Part shown: in pieces, positions 63,505 to 64,000 of the stretch
Numbering within the stretch: the first letter of the stretch is position 1
Layout: the number at the start of each line of letters is the position of its first letter
DNA from: Macrostomum lignano
Lineage: Eukaryota
Direction of reading: 5' to 3'
NCBI GenBank assembly: GCA_002269645.1
Contig: NIVC01000175.1
Coordinates: forward strand, 124,001 to 188,000
DNA: 64,000 bases
Program-made: the position numbers and the translations under genes
Notes under the pieces: model-generated
Database searches by the model: none
What the model was told of the DNA's origin: nothing
What the model saw: the letters and a program-made list of their open reading frames with translations, nothing else

Positions 63505-63900
63505 ACTGGCGGTTAGGTATAATATCCCCTTCCTAAGATGTAAGCAACCGTTGCTAGGGTATAAAATCCCATTGCTAGGGTGAATATCCCATTTCTGGAA
63601 CCGTTGCTAAGGTATAAAATCCCATTGCTAGGGTGAATATCCCATTTCTAGAACCGTTGCTAGGTAAATACTCCATTTTTAAGCCATAAGGAACCGTTGC
63701 TAGGGCATAATATCCCATTTCTAAGGGATAAGAAACCGTTGCTAGGGTATAATATCCCATTTCTAAGGCATAAGGAACCGTTGCTAGGGTATAATATCCC
63801 ATTTCTAAGGCATAAGGAACCGTTGCTAGGGTATAATATCCGATTTCTAATGCATAAGAAACCGTTGCTAGGGTATAATATCTTGTTGCTAAGGTATATA
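63505..63900. repeat. FPGS intron minisatellite, ~42-nt unit GAACCGTTGCTAGGGTATAATATCCCATTTCTAAGGCATAAG
   Basis: Read directly. Confidence 0.92.
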
Positions 63901-63905
63901 ATCAG

Positions 63906-64000
63906 GGGGGCCGTAGCCCAGCGGTAGCGCAGCTGCTCTGGTGTGCCAGCGACCCAGGCTCGATTCCAAGTGCAGTCACATTAATTTGGGGCTGAATTGG
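63906..64000 (+). mobile_element. 5' head of a second copy of the tRNA-derived SINE (runs off the window)
   Basis: Exact reverse complement of ~36647-36741, with A-box and B-box. Confidence 0.9.

Noticed and set aside
63906-63980. tRNA gene
   Set aside because: A/B boxes are present but there is no closing acceptor stem. It continues into a body identical to a TSD-flanked copy at 36379-36741, so it is a SINE head.

Overview
Eukaryotic (animal) genomic DNA with GT-AG spliceosomal introns. Repeat-filled introns and poly-A/Q/G-rich proteins suggest a free-living flatworm such as Macrostomum, but that is an inference. The centre is a 16-exon BIRC6/BRUCE/Apollon gene (18596-47931, +, about 5,059 aa, BIR + UBC), reconstructed by hand with all splice phases matching; one apparent 1-nt frameshift remains near 40390. 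Other genes: a two-exon ankyrin-repeat TRP channel (807-5502), an orphan PH/PTB-like gene (minus, 10545-11558), a MED29-like gene, an HIT/HINT gene with a putative signal peptide and a duplicated terminal exon, a TMEM70/186-like mitochondrial membrane protein, and the 5' exons of FPGS. Mobile DNA: a 5'-truncated RT+RNase H non-LTR retrotransposon with a 14-bp TSD, two copies of a tRNA-derived SINE, a Helitron-like non-autonomous element, and a degenerate Tc1/IS630-like element containing a hairpin split by a putative solo LTR. The most striking pattern is that 14 consecutive BIRC6 introns (2-15), plus the HINT and FPGS introns, each hold a different tandem-repeat array, 3-35-nt units in BIRC6 and up to 42 nt in FPGS. 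No CRISPR array, rRNA or bona fide tRNA gene was seen. All family calls come from remembered motifs; no database search was run.
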